A stretch of DNA of 64,000 nucleotides from Amphiscolops sp. MND2022 (lineage: Eukaryota), in the NCBI GenBank assembly GCA_964187785.1, contig OZ076413.1, positions 46,440,001 through 46,504,000 of the forward strand, read 5' to 3'. Positions 63,441 through 64,000 of the stretch are shown in pieces (position 1 is the stretch's first letter; every line of letters begins with the position of its first letter). The notes under the pieces are model-generated. The model was not told where the DNA came from and ran no database searches. It saw nothing but the letters and a program-made list of their open reading frames with translations. A program made the position numbers and the translations under genes.

Positions 63441-64000
63441 GTATGTACTTTGCTGTTGTTCGCACTACCATCTACACTATCATTCTTTGAAGTATTGGAT
63501 ATAGGACGACACAAAGTAGTGAAATTCAGAACGTGATAGCTTGGTTGGTAGCGCGAAAAGCTGGGGTAGAATAGGTACGCTGATGAAGCCGCAGTTGACG
63601 TCGGTTTTTGTTTGTTTTCATTCACTTTTGTTAGTTCATCTCTTGAAATTCTTGGCACGATCTTGCAAAATCTTACAAATTCGTGGATTCCTTGGTAAGA
63701 ATCTTGGCAAATTTCTTACCAAGAATATCCAAGATTCTCATCAAGAGTTGCAAGAGGTTTTACACCGGGCTACCTGTCAAACTTTTTCAGTCAAATTCAA
63801 ACATGCGAACTCATGCCGAGCGTGAAAAATTAAAACATCCTCCAGGCAGGGATGCCTAAAATTTAGTTGCCCTCCATTTTTCGCAATTTTTAGCTGCAAT
63901 TCAATAATGGAAATGAAAAGAGGGGGTCCCTCAATTTTTCCATTAATGGCCATTAATGGAAAATTTATTTTATTTAATCATAAAATAAAAACAATTTAAA

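Overview
AT-rich, repeat-dense eukaryotic (probably invertebrate animal) DNA with one 200-N gap at 12565-12764. No prokaryotic features are present. Positions 1-11758 hold the 3' half of a decayed Ty3/Gypsy LTR retrotransposon: integrase with GPF module, a Ser/Pro/Thr-rich ORF, a tandemly duplicated chuvirus-like envelope glycoprotein pseudogene, extra ORF remnants, PPT and a ~220 bp 3' LTR. After the gap lie an orientation-switching palindromic array, a 67-bp tandem array and two spliced minus-strand genes that I reconstructed by hand. The first is a ~1,464-aa SET-domain/zinc-finger/tyrosine-recombinase (Crypton-like) fusion. The second is a ~657-aa protein with three C2HC zinc fingers and a KDM2/7-type JmjC domain. 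Together they suggest a large tyrosine-recombinase element carrying both a histone methyl writer and an eraser. The cassette is bracketed by oppositely oriented arrays of a GGTGGGAC motif that also recurs to ~60 kb. The rest of the window contains three tiny RING-like genes (one hidden by a GC-AG intron), four HDV-like ribozyme candidates, a ~730-bp near-perfect palindrome, hAT-like MITEs with 8-bp TSDs, tRNA/5S-derived SINE-like repeats, minisatellites, a (CTA)104 microsatellite and an old collinear segmental duplication. All family assignments come from motif recognition by eye; no database searches were run.
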